From the NCBI GenBank assembly GCA_951406725.2, contig OX597836.1:6200001-6264000 (forward strand): a stretch of 64,000 nt of DNA. The letters are read 5' to 3'. Positions 16,576 through 29,661 of the stretch are shown here, piece by piece. The translations under genes were made by a program, and so were the position numbers. Every line of letters begins with the position of its first letter. Position 1 is the stretch's first letter. Source of the stretch: Octopus vulgaris. Taxonomy: Eukaryota. The notes under the pieces were generated by a model. It made no database searches. It was not told the origin of the DNA and saw nothing but the letters and a program-made list of their open reading frames with translations.

Positions 16576-17047
16576 CTGGTTGATGTGTTCCAAACTCGTT
16601 CGTTCTGTTCAGCACCAAACACTAAGAGAGACAACTCTGAGCTAATTAGAAAATAAAGCTTCCTTAATCGTATGTTAGTAAATGTCATTCACTGAAAGCG
16701 CGCATGTGCGAAGCAGTGAAAAAAATATTGTGGCTTAAAAACCAGCTCAAATATGTTTGGTGGGTTCTAATGATATTTTATCTTAAGCGAGAAAACAACC
16801 CTTCTTTTCTTCAAGAGGAAGTAATGCTCTGTGTGATCTCAACGAGATTTCTCACGGTGTAACGAAACCGATTACGAGAAGTAGAAAAAAAGAAGTAGTG
16901 AGAGAGGGGAGAGAGAGAGAGAGAAAGAAAGAAGGAGATAGAGGAGAGAGAGAAGAACAGAGAGAGACAGGAGAAAGAGAGAGAGAGAAGGAGAGAAAAG
17001 AAACGTCGATCGCAGTATTCTATGAATAATATTTTTAGTGCCATATT

Positions 17048-17465
17048 TTTAGCACGCCGGACGAAATGGTTATTTCGTCTGTCTTTACGGTATTTCGTCT
17101 GTCTTCACGTTCTGAGTTCAAATTCCACCGAGGTCAACATTGCTTTTCATCCTTCGGGGTCGATAAATTAAGTACCAGTTGCGTACTGGAGTCGATCTAA
17201 TTGATTGAACCCCTTCCCAAAAACTTTCGGGTCTTGTGCCTAGTGTAGAAAAAAATGTTTTTAGTGCTCTAAGGTGGTGAGCTGGCAGAATCGTTAGCAT
17301 GCCGGACGAAGTGGTTAGCGGTATTTTGTCTGTCTTTATGTTCTGAGTTCAAATTCCACCGAGGTCACCATTGCCTTTAATCTCTTTGGGATCGATAAAT
17401 TACGCACCAGTTGCGTACTGGAGTCGATCTAATCGACTGAGCCCCTCTCCCCAAATTTTCGGGCA
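17048..17465 (+). mobile_element. Two tandem SINE family A copies
   Basis: Bodies at about 17048-17250 and 17270-17465. Confidence 0.85.
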
Positions 17466-17579
17466 GCCTACCGGTAAACAACATAAAATCTCAGTTAGGT
17501 ATTTTAATGAAATTGACAGAAGATATGAGAATTATTATTAATTACTACAATTGTTTCAAGCCATTTAGCGGTGAGATAC

Positions 17580-18033
17580 TTAACATAAAATACAAAATGG
17601 GACAAGAACGCAAAACATCCGGACAGTTAGGTGATACAAAAATGGGACAACAAAACATCCAGATAGACGATACAAAGAAAACAAGGACGGGTCATTCGAA
17701 ATTTTCTTTCCTCAGTCGAGTACCAGATTATCTTCGCTATTTCGGCTGATTATACTCGAGATTGCTCCAATCTGGCCAACCCCAAGGAAAAACTAAGCTA
17801 AGAGCATTAGATTCCTTGGAAGAAAACAGCGAATGTATACAAAAACAAGGAAAGAAAAAAACGGACAACGTTACACAAATACAATAAAAATAATAACAGG
17901 ACATGGCAACAGGTATTTTTCGACTAAGGACGAATTAAATTAAGCTGGCGTGTGTGGTAATGAAGCCTTACGGCAAGGATACAAGATTTCACAGGCACAG
18001 GGAGGAATATCGATGTTGCACGGACAACGGCGG

Positions 18034-18035
<2 letters not shown>
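17580..18035 (-). mobile_element. Unclassified interspersed repeat, homologous in inverted orientation to 27640-28075
   Basis: Shared motifs on the reverse complement: cacgccagct..aattt.attcgt, taatgctcttagc, gaatgacccgtc. Confidence 0.6.
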
Positions 18036-18071
<36 letters not shown>

Positions 18072-18144
18072 GAGATGTACTTGCATGGCAAGTGACTTGA
18101 TTTGAAATAGTGTGCTGAAAGAAAAACAATTGCAGGATGGAAGC

Positions 18145-18340
18145 TGTTTGTAAGCCATTTAAGAACACATAAAAACTGTTAGCTTCATTTCAACATTTAA
18201 ATTTAATTTGTGTCAAAATATGTTCGTCGCTTTGAAACTGCGACCTGTTCAAAGCGACGAAAATATTTGGATACAAATTAAATTTAAATGTTAAAGTGAA
18301 TCAAACGGGTTTTTGTGTGTTCTTAAATTGCTTACAAACA
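18145..18340. repeat. ~195-bp fold-back inverted repeat
   Basis: Arms tgtttgtaagc...tttaaatttaatttgtgtcaaaatatgttcgtcgctttgaa and ttcaaagcgacgaaaatattt...aaattaaatttaaatgtt...gcttacaaaca, around an 11-nt spacer. Confidence 0.85.
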
Positions 18341-18380
18341 TCTTCAATGCTGTAATTATTTGTGTTTATGTTTTTATATA

Positions 18381-19270
18381 TACGAGGACCAATCAATAAG
18401 TATCCGGACTGTTGCCATAGTAATGAAGCTAAATCACGCAGTGAAGCCGCTTGGCAAATTTGACTTTGAACTCTGCTGCGCATGTGCACTATGTTTTAAC
18501 ATTCTAGCTCACTTCCGCTGTCTGCAGCAGTTCTTTGTAGGAAGGTGTGTAGCGAGTGATTGTCGCTTTGACCATGACAGAGAAAGCTGTCATGGCGATA
18601 CCTGCTCAGGGGCTTACGCAAGGTTGCAGAAAGTGTATCGAGAGGAGTGTATGAGCCTCACACAAATGTACGAGTATTTCAGACGTTTCCAAGATGGCTG
18701 AAAATGTGAATATTGACGAATGTTCTGGAGACCCGCTACTAGCAGAACTGAGAAGAACATCGCAGGTATGCGCGTAGCTGTGTGGGGAAATTGTTGAATC
18801 ACCATCTGTGAGTTACTAGAGGATGTGCAGATTAGTTACGGTTCAGCTAAATCCATTATCACAGATTTGGGTATGAGATGCGTGTCTGCCAAATTTGTGC
18901 CAAAATGATGTTCAGCTGACCTAAACGACACCCGGGTCTCACAGTTGCACAAGATCTCCTTGGTTGTGTCAAGAACGATTAAAACTTCTTAAAAACTTTG
19001 CGTAGGCCTCTGAACAGGTATCGCCAAACTTTTTGCAAAATTTGATGCAGATTCTCTCATCAACTTATTCTGTCATTGTCAACGCGACGATCACACGCTA
19101 TGCACCTTCCTTCTAAGCACTTCTGTAAACAGTGGAGGTGCGCTAGAACGTTAAAACTTTGTACGCTTGGACAGCAGAGTTCAAGGTCAATCTATGCCAA
19201 GCGGCTTCACTCTGCGTGCTTTAGCTTTCTTACTATGGCAACAGTCCGGATACTTATTTATCAGGCCAAT
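18381..19270 (+). mobile_element. Internally deleted mariner-like element with ~100-bp terminal inverted repeats
   Basis: aataagtatccggactgttgccatagtaa...gaagccgcttggca...ttgaactctgctg is mirrored at 19172-19258. Degenerate transposase HTH remnants lie inside (MYEYFRRFQDG, MRCVSAKFVP). Confidence 0.8.
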
Positions 19271-19992
19271 AACATATATACGCGCGCGCGAGCGCGAGTA
19301 TATACGTTATTGGTCTGATAAATAAGTATATATGTGTGTATATGTGTGTGTGTGTGTGTGTTATTGGTCTGATAAATAAGTATGTGTGTGTGTGTGTGTG
19401 TGTGTCTATGATTATCCCCCCCACCACCACTTGGCAACCGGAATTGGTGTGTTTACGTCCACGCAACCAAGCGGTTCGCCAAAAGGAACCGATAGGATAA
19501 GTACTAGGCTTAACAGAAGTTCTCGGGTCGATTTGTTCGACTAAATCTCTTCAATGTAGTGCTCCAGTATGGCTGCAGTCAAAAAGTGAAACAAGTAAAA
19601 AAAAAAATGTACTGAAGACAGATATAAGCATACGTTGTTCTGCCTTTTTTTGTGTGCGTGTGAAATTTCATGTTATATCAGTCGTTCCTAAATTTGTGTG
19701 GCGCAATATTGTGTCGGAAATATCTGAAAATTGCATTAAAAAATAAATTTTAAAATCCTGTTAATGTCAAGCTCCGTAGTCTATCTATCTGTTCGTCCGT
19801 ATCGGTCGTAATTACTACGAATAGCCTTTTTATGAAACAAAATATAGGAGCCTAAAGAGAGAACCTTCGGCCATTCTGTTCTATGAGTTTATATAGATTG
19901 CCTTATATTGCAGGAAGTGGATCTAAACAATCTCAACTTGTCATATGTAGGTCTGTGCCAGGCCCGTCTTTATATATATATGTGCGTGTGTA

Positions 19993-20060
<68 letters not shown>

Positions 20061-20262
20061 TGATTAAAATATCAGTCTTTGTGCGTGCAAAATATGCGAG
20101 GGAATAAGCCTGTAAACTAGATGCATAAAAAACAGACCGTAAATAAATTTAAATTTACATGTATACACATACGTAGATATACGGATGAATGTCTGTTGCG
20201 TGAAAGCACGAGCATGCGTGTTTATATGTGTCTGTATGCATGTATGTGCGCGTGCAAGAGTG

Positions 20263-20323
<61 letters not shown>

Positions 20324-20695
20324 GTGTGTGTGAAAGCGAAATAGGAAAACCATGTGAAGAATCTACGATCGTGTTAATATGAACACGTGTATATGTCTAT
20401 GTACGTGTGTGTGTGTATGCATAGCTATACGTGTTTGTGTGTATGTGGTGGGGGTGTACGCGTGTCTGTATATATGTATATATGTATATATGTATGTATA
20501 GCCACTTGCAGATGTGTGTGTGTTTACATTTAAAAAAATTTAAATATGCATTAAAACATAGAGTGTAATTAAATTCAATATATACGTGTGTATAAATACA
20601 TACATATACATGTATGTATCTATATATATATATACATACATATATATATACATGTATATACATGTATGTATATATATATATATACATATATATAT

Positions 20696-20754
<59 letters not shown>

Positions 20755-20862
20755 AGTATATATTCATGTTAGTGAATCTGTGTGTATTTAAGCATGCCTC
20801 CTTATACGCATATATATGTACATATGTGTGTGTGTGTGAGTATGTGTGTGTGTGTGTGTGTG

Positions 20863-20893
<31 letters not shown>

Positions 20894-21652
20894 CTGTGTG
20901 TGTGAACGTATATACATCCTTGTCTATTTACCCCCTTACTCTACCAAACAGAATGGTTCCCCAAATTATTTAGCAGACACTTCAGCTGCCTCGAAGCTTT
21001 GTTGCATTTCTATAGATTCCACATGGTTCCTGTTGTTATATTTTTCTTGGAGAAACCTTCAACGCAGTGATTTTTACCAATTAGTAAGGGAATATTGGAA
21101 TCAATAGCGTCGGAATTGAATTTACCATAATTCAGTTTGCTGTAGAGAGTTTGGCTGGATGTCTTCCCCTAACGTTTTTATGCTTCATATTTGAGTTTAT
21201 AAATTGTATTTTTCTGGGTATGGGTGGATGGATGGATGGATGGATGTGTTAGTAGTTGTACTAATTCTGTGTTTCTTTTATATTGATTTGTTATCGTATT
21301 TTTTTGTGTTTTTGCATGTTTTTTTTATTAGGGTGTAGTGTTGGCGGTTGTTTTTTTTTAAGGGGTTTTTTTTTTTGAGGTTTTATTATTCATTTTCGCG
21401 AGACAATCAAACATTACGAAAAAATATTCCTTTCACCCCCCATATTATTATTATCATCATCATTATTATCCTTATTATTATTATTAGTATTAGTATTATT
21501 ATTATTATTATTATTATTCAGTTGTTTTTCGCTAATCGATTATGATAAACAAAATATATTGGCAGCAAATAATAGGCCTACGAATTTGCATGCATCCCAA
21601 ATGCATACACAGGCATTAGCATAGCTATTTACATACACACACATATATATAG

Positions 21653-21705
<53 letters not shown>

Positions 21706-21921
21706 AGACCGCATGTATGTAAGTATATAGATGTGTTAGTTGATGAAGACAACTGGATCCACAAGCCTAATAAAGGACTCAATGGAGTTAAAAGCAGAGT
21801 GTTTCATGGTTATTTAGTTATTGTCTACAAAATGAAATAGCGTTTGTCTCCTAATGACCTCGTCAGAACGTGTCTCGAAGTTGGTAACGTTTGCTATACG
21901 TGCGTATGTATGTGTGTGTAT

Positions 21922-21971
<50 letters not shown>

Positions 21972-22261
21972 TAAATATGCCCTTTTAAAGCCTAGCTAGG
22001 CTCATGGGTCCGGTTTCAATGGTGCATGTGTCCCACAGCTAAACGGGACACCAGTCCATCGCAGCGTTCCTCATTTTTGCCAGCTGGGTGGACAGAAGCA
22101 ACGTGAAATGAAGTGTTTTGCTCAAGAACACAACGCGTCGCCTGGTCCAGGAATCGAAACCACAATCTTACGATCATGATGCGGACACCCTAACCACTAA
22201 GCCACACGCGCCTCCACTATATATATATATATATATATAATATATATATATATATACTGTA

Positions 22262-22447
22262 TATATCATGACGCCAGCCCCATGATAGATCGTTAGCCAC
22301 TACACACAAATTTTTGTCTCCTTGTTTTTTTCTGTATCCCTTTCTGTAGAAGAGCGTAGGCTCGAAACGTAAAAGACTTATTCTATTCCTGAGCGTTATA
22401 CTAATACATCTGTTTGTTTTGTACACCACCTGTCTTCGTCTTTTGTT
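22262..22447 (+). mobile_element. Short repeat carrying a minimal hammerhead-like motif (Penelope-type relic) between (TA)n tracts
   Basis: 22340-22375: cttt-CTGTAGA-a-GAGC gtag GCTC-GAAA-CG-TA-aaag. The core position A6 is substituted. Confidence 0.5.
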
Positions 22448-22462
22448 TTTTTCGTAAACTCT

Positions 22463-22511
<49 letters not shown>

Positions 22512-22624
22512 CATACATACATACATACATACATACATACATACATTTTTTTTATTGTAGAATCCATAATTGAAATAACTGCACCTGAAGGATTTCTTGG
22601 AGGTACAAGGCATGTTGTATAAAT

Positions 22625-23180
22625 CTGCCAATGTAGTGTACGTGGTCTTCGGTTCAGTCCCACTACGTGGCACCTTGGGCAAGCTTCTGCTCCTATAGCC
22701 TCGGGCCGACCAAAGCCTTGTGAGTGGATTCGCTAGACGGAAACTAGAAGAAGCCCGTCGTATATGTGTGTGTGTGTGCGCGCACGTGTCTGTGTTTGCC
22801 TCCCACTATCAGTTGGCAACTGCTGTTGCTGTGGTTACGTTTCTGTAACTTAGCAGTTCGGCAAAAGAGTCCGATAGAATAAGTTCTAGGCTTACAAAGA
22901 ACAAGTCCTGAGGTCGATTTTTTTTCGACTAGAAAGAAACCTGTTAAGGCGATACTCCAGCTTGGTCGCTGTCAAATGACAAATAAAAGAATAAAAGAAT
23001 AAACGAATACTTATGCGGCAGGTTTTTTGAGTTTCCGGTTATTGATTCCACCCAGAAGGCTTTGGTCGGTCCGAGGTTAGAGTACCAGACATTTGCCCAA
23101 GGTGCCACGCATCGGGACTGAACCTGGAACCATGTTGTTGGAAAGCAAGCTTCTTCACACACAGCCACGCCTGCGCCTGT
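22625..23180. mobile_element. SINE family B copies in opposite orientations
   Basis: Plus-strand copy at about 22625-23000, minus-strand head at about 23030-23180. Confidence 0.8.
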
Positions 23181-23946
23181 CATTTTCTGTAGCCTCGATA
23201 TGACCTCCCCCCATGACCACCACTACAACATCTAAGTAAAATTGAATAGACAGAATCTATTCAAAGATCGTTCGGGTACATTGCACCCGTATACCAAAGC
23301 ATATACCCAGGCATGTAACAGTGTGTCACGCTGATTTCACCAGAGAATTACATTAAGGGTGCATGTGTCTGAGGGTTACGCAGCCACTTACCGAGTGGTT
23401 CAATGCAGAGATATTCCAGTTGCTCAAACAACTGAAAAAGCGTGCAAGGAAATTTTGACTGATATCGATTAATTTTCGATATGCACACGCGTGAGTGTGT
23501 GTGTGTGTGTGTGTGTGTGTCTGTGTGTGTGTGCAGGAATGTATTTACATTCATATATTATATGTGTGTGTGTGTCTGTGTATTATATATTATATAAATA
23601 CATATATGCATATACATACATATATGCATATACACACATATATATGTTTATGTGTATATATATACACTTTTGCATTTGTATACGCTTATATGTAATATGT
23701 ACATATATATTTATACATATATATGTATGTATACACATACATTTATAAGCATGCATACATACACACACATACACACAAATACACACACACGCATCTATAT
23801 ATATGTAATATATACATATATTAGGATGTGCGAATGTTAATGTATGTGTATATATGAGAACAATATATGCGTATATTTTTACGTATATATGAACACATAT
23901 ATGTATATATATGCGTATATAAAAACATGTATATATATACATTCAC

Positions 23947-23989
<43 letters not shown>

Positions 23990-24497
23990 CATATATATAT
24001 ATACATACACACACATATATATATATATACATACACACATATATATGTATATATATACATATATATACATACACATATATATACATGCATATACATATAC
24101 ATATATATATAAACAGACGTGTGTTTGTATGCATGAATACATGTCGGTATGTCTGTGTGTTTTGTGTGTTTGTAGCTACATGAGCGTGTATGTACATGCA
24201 TGTGTGTATGCGTGTATGAATGCGTATGTATGTATATGTATGCATGTACGTACTTATGTATGCATGGATGTATGTATGCATGCGTGTATGCGTGTATGAC
24301 TGCAGTTGTAAAGGGGGTAAACAGAACGCTGCAGTCTATGTAGCAGTATGGTTCAGAACTATCACGTATTCCTCATTGTAGAGAATGCTTTGTGCACGCA
24401 GAGCAATCTGCGGTCACGCAACACAGAAACTCTACACGCATGCGCAAACATATTCAATTCATTCTGCTATTTCTGCCTCTCTTTCTTTTCCTCCCCG

Positions 24498-24538
<41 letters not shown>

Positions 24539-24859
24539 CTCTCTCTTTCTCTTCACTCTTACCTTTGATTTCACTATCACTAGCGGGAATAGTAATCGAG
24601 CTAGCAGCCTTCACGCGGTGCTCTCTCCATCTGCCAGAAATCGTTGTGAATTCTCCCTCAAATCAATTGCCATATTTTCCCTTCAATCGAAGAAGACATG
24701 CCTGTGTGGTCACGGATGGTTTGTCTTTGATTATAGGCCCACTGAGAGCTTAGCAGTTCCATTACTCACAAACACACGTGTGCATCTATTTATCTATCTA
24801 CCTTTCAATTTATCCATCTATATCTATCTACCTATCTATCTATATGTCTATCGATCTAC

Positions 24860-24916
<57 letters not shown>

Positions 24917-25018
24917 TCTATTTATTTATATACATATATACATATATTTAATATTTATATATATATATATATATATATATTCATCTATTTATTTATATAC
25001 ATATATACATATATTTAA

Positions 25019-25059
<41 letters not shown>

Positions 25060-25117
25060 GTATATATGTGTGAGTGTGTATTTATGCATACACACACAGA
25101 GAAAAGGATAGACAGGG

Positions 25118-25287
<170 letters not shown>

Positions 25288-25586
25288 GCAGTCACTATTG
25301 GCATACAGATGTATACTGCTAATCGCACAGATGCAAACACACACACACACACACACACATACGCTGTGAATTCTTGCATCATCAGGTAGCCGCTGAATAA
25401 ATTATCAATGCGTTTACATGTAAGCATACACATGTGTGCGTGTGTTTTGTGTGTGCCTATAATGTGTGTCCATCTATTCTATATGTACATATTTATAGAT
25501 AAAGTGTTTGTGTGTGTGTGTGTGTGCTGGGGACACACCTACAAATATGTTTTTATATTTTTATCGGTGTGTGATTTGCGGTACTT

Positions 25587-25624
<38 letters not shown>

Positions 25625-25711
25625 ACTCGCACACAACACACAAACACACACGCACACGCACAAATTAATATATATGCATATGTATATATACATTTTTTTT
25701 TTACATACATG

Positions 25712-25920
25712 TACGAGGGGTTGGTGAAAAGTTCCCGGATTTTGGTAAAAGGAAATACGTGACCATTAGTTCATTATAATTTTGTTCAACATATTCCCTT
25801 CTCAGATTCACACGCTTATAGCTGTGGTCCTTCAGTTTTTCTAAGCCCTGTAAACTAACACGGAAGGTTCGGCCTTTAAACAGGCCTTTCGCTATGCCCT
25901 TAAAACTATGTACCCCTCGT
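25712..25920. mobile_element. Mariner-derived MITE
   Basis: Ends TACGAGGGG ... CCCCTCGT are inverted repeats. The interior resembles a mariner C-terminus on the minus strand. Confidence 0.6.
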
Positions 25921-25927
25921 GTGTATG

Positions 25928-25960
<33 letters not shown>

Positions 25961-26914
25961 ACATACATATGCGTATGCACTATACGCACCCACATTATTC
26001 ATACACATATACACATGCACAACCAGACAAATGTATATATGCATATACACACAGACACGCACACATATATATGCATGTATATATATGTATATGTATATGT
26101 ATGCTTGTATAGTTTGTTCCGTGTATGCGTGCGTGTGTGGCGTGGAAGTGTGTGTGTGTGTGTGTGTGCATGTGTGTGTGTGTTGTGTGTGTGTGTGCAT
26201 GCGTGTGTGTGAGTGTTTTGCAGCTGACTTCGTGCCTAAAAGAACCGCTCAACAGTGTGTCTGTGACAACATGCTTTGAAGTGTTGCAATAACACCACTT
26301 AAATACAACACTCACATCAGCAGCAGCAACAACAACAACAACAACAACAGCAGCAGCAGCAGCAGCAGTATCAGCAGTAGTAATAGTAGTAGCAGCAGCA
26401 GCAGCTGCAGTAGTAGTAGTTGTAGTAACTCTACAGAAAAAAATAGAAATCGCAAGAACAGTAATATTTTCGCGAATACTCTTTCTATGACTCCTCACTT
26501 GTACGCCTTTTCCACATTCGTCGTTCAAATAAACCCCATTTCCTACTCCCCCTATTCCCGCAACCCACACGCATCCCCTTTTGTTTCTTGTGTACCTATA
26601 ATAGGGTCCAATCTTGTACAAAACGTTTTGCGTCAGGTATTTTTTTTTAATATTTTGCAGCAGTTAAACGTTCTCTCTCGTATCGCTTTCGGAAGCCATG
26701 GAGACCGTCGGGAGTGCTGCCCTCTCTCTTTTGATAAAGTAGTTTAAAAAACAAGTGTGGGGGGGGAGAAGTGAACAATCGAGGGTGCTGCCCTCTCTCT
26801 ATTGATAAAGTATTTAAAAAAACAAATGTGCTGGGGGAGAGGTAGACAATCGAAGGTGCTGCCCTCTCTTTTTGGTGGTGATGGCGGTAGCTGTGGCGGC
26901 AGTGACAGAGGCGA

Positions 26915-27060
26915 CGGTGGCGTCGGCGGCGGTGACGGCGGCGGCGGTGACGGCGGCGGCGGTGACGGCGGCGGCGGTGACGGCGGCGGCGGTGACGGCG
27001 GCGGCGGTGACGGCGGCGGCGGTGACGGCGGCGGCGGTGACGGCGGCGGCGATGATGGTG
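26915..27060. repeat. GC-rich 15-mer minisatellite (GGCGGCGGCGGTGAC)n
   Basis: About 8 near-perfect units read directly. Confidence 0.95.
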
Positions 27061-27272
27061 TGACCAACTGTGCGTATTCTTTTATTCTTTTACTTATTTC
27101 ATTCATTTGACTGCGGCCATGCTGGAGCACCACCTCTAGTCGACCAAATCGAGCCCAGGACTCATTCTTTGTAAGCCTAGTACTTATTCTATCGGTCTCC
27201 CCAGACACAACAAAATATGCACCAACACACGAACTCACATAAAGAATCTAGCAAATCAAATCCAAAAACGAA

Positions 27273-27308
<36 letters not shown>

Positions 27309-27369
27309 AATTAATAAATAAAACATATGCATATATATATACATATATGTACGTACCTGACCTCTACAT

Positions 27370-28075
27370 ATATATATACATGCATATATGGGTACAGGAC
27401 ACCAAAAAAAAACGTCGAACACAATGAGAAACGAAAACATAAACACAAAACCAAGGAACTGGACATTTTTCTTAACCAACGAAAAAATAGAGTACAGGAG
27501 AAATAACACAAGGAAAATTCCCCTTATTCAGTCGCCATGGTTTCATCTCCTACCTGTCTTACCTCCTTCCATATGACCGGTGTCCGGCCAGCCATGATCT
27601 TTCTTTCTTGGCCTGACTGCCAACCGTCAACACCTCTTGTGTCCATCTTCCATGTTCCTACCTTTAGGCTTTCACTTCATACACGCCAGCTCAATTTGAT
27701 TCGTTCTCAGTCGAAAGACGCCTGTTGTTATTTGTCGTTGGTTATATTCGTAATTGTGTACCATGTACTCCGCTTTTTGTTTATTTGTTATTTTTTTCTT
27801 GTCTTTGTTACCGTACATATTCGCTAGCTTTCTTACAAAAGGGCCTAATGCTCTTAGCATAGACTTTGGGGGGAGGGGGCAACCAGATCGAATCATCTCA
27901 AGTGTAGCTGTCCGATATGGTCGTGGCTTGTGGTTCTTGACTGAAGAAAGAAAGCCAAGAATGACCCGTCTTTTTTTTTGCCTGTCCTTCTAATTGTTGT
28001 TTCTCTTGTCCGCTTGTGTATCGTCCGTCTATCTGTCCGAACGTTTTAACGCCCTCTATTGCGTTTTTGTTCCAT
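27370..28075. mobile_element. Composite of unclassified repeats, possibly Penelope pseudo-LTR type, abutting the hammerhead locus
   Basis: 27640-28075 is homologous to the reverse complement of 17580-18035. 27370-27520 shares catgcatatatggg.acaggacacc with 38497-38660. Confidence 0.45.
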
Positions 28076-28090
28076 TTTACATATATATAT

Positions 28091-28669
28091 ATATTTGTAA
28101 GATATATATAGGGTAGTGAATATTCCTAGAAATTTCACCACCAGTGTCCTAGCATGTATAGAAAGTCAATAGACAACATATTCTCAATATAAAATAGTGT
28201 ACAACTAAACACAAAAGAAGACTACCTTTAACAGGTAATTTTTCCACGCTAGAAGAAGCACTAGGAATGTTCATTACCCTATATATATCTTACGAATATG
28301 ATTTTAGCATTTCGAAGATCGGTTCGGCATTCTCCACTTACTGCCGACTGAAACTGCGCTTGCGCGGTGAACTTTGAAAATCTATAACATATAATGATGA
28401 GACACGTGTTCCTTGTCTCTAAATTATATGTTAGCTGTTAAGGCACGGTTACTGATGAGGATTCGCCTAGCAAATTATTTTTATTTGCTAAAGAAATCTG
28501 AAACCTAGGTATAACCGTAAAAATAACAGGGTAAAAGTTTTTATTTTTCATTCCCTTCGAAAATTGCTCTTAAATGTGGTTATGGTTGTTTTGACTGCTT
28601 CTTCTAGCGTATAAAAATTACCTGTTAAAGGTAGTTTTCTCTTGTACTTAAATGTACACTATTTTATAT
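28091..28669. mobile_element. Hammerhead-bearing retrozyme or Penelope-like pseudo-LTR with an inverted, circularly permuted partial copy
   Basis: 28091-28129 is the reverse complement of 28261-28299 (36/39 identical). 28187-28260 is the reverse complement of 28596-28669. The hammerhead lies inside and there is no ORF. Confidence 0.7.
28445..28518 (+). ncRNA. Type I hammerhead ribozyme with minimal palindromic stem III
   Basis: Stem I ACGGTTA/TAACCGT. CTGATGA core at 28452-28458. Stem II GGATT/AATCT with inner TAGCAAAT/ATTTGCTA hairpin. GAAA at 28500-28503, palindromic ACCTAGGT, GUA cleavage triplet ending at 28511. Confidence 0.85.
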
Positions 28670-28748
28670 ATGTATATATATATGTTTTTGCGTGTGCTTC
28701 TCTGCATGAACGGCTACTCTGGCTTTCACCTTACATAGTCAGTCACTA

Positions 28749-28779
<31 letters not shown>

Positions 28780-29216
28780 ATCTCTCTCCCAAGCGCACAC
28801 ATACCAAAGCTATCAACATATCGTTTATTCGTCCAACAGATTTACATAAGCGTCATTTTCCCTGTAAGGCTTAAAGTAAGTCAATCACTTCCGCTGATAG
28901 CAACGTTTGTTTGTTGAAAGACATTTACATAGCAACAAATGTTTTATAGCATGGCGTGAAGTGTAGAAGGCTTGCGCAGGCGTGAATGCAATTTTGTCGA
29001 TGCTGCTGCTGCTGCAACCACTGTTGTTGGTGGTGGTGGTGGTGGTGGTGGTGGTGGTGGTGGTGGTGGTGGTGGTGGTGATGAAAGAATATCTTGGGCA
29101 GGTGGGTTGTGGTGTTTCCGTGAAGAATTGCTTACATATTTCCTCTGACACCTGGTGTCTAATAAATCGAATGCCTATACATTCGTATAGGCATACATAC
29201 GTACATACATGTGTGT

Positions 29217-29310
<94 letters not shown>

Positions 29311-29609
29311 TTGTCCCAGCGTGATGGCAGATAAATGACTGAAACATAAATATATACAGTATGTATATATACAGTATGTACATATATATAGTATGTATAT
29401 ATATACATATAGTACGTATATATATACATATATATAGTACGTATATATATACATATAGTACGTATATATATACATATATATAGTACGTATATATATACAT
29501 ATATATAGTACGTATATATATATATAAACAATAAGTGTATATATATATATATAGTGGTATATATATATGTATTATATATATATTTGTGTGAGTGTATATA
29601 CATATACAT

Positions 29610-29658
<49 letters not shown>

Positions 29659-29661
<3 letters not shown>

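Noticed and set aside
26744-27238. Extensin-like SPPPP ORF and Gly-rich ORF
   Set aside because: Produced by a 15-mer minisatellite; the ORF starts inside a SINE and has no splice support.
28439-28448. miR-124-like TAAGGCACG
   Set aside because: The match ends after 9 nt and overlaps hammerhead stem I.
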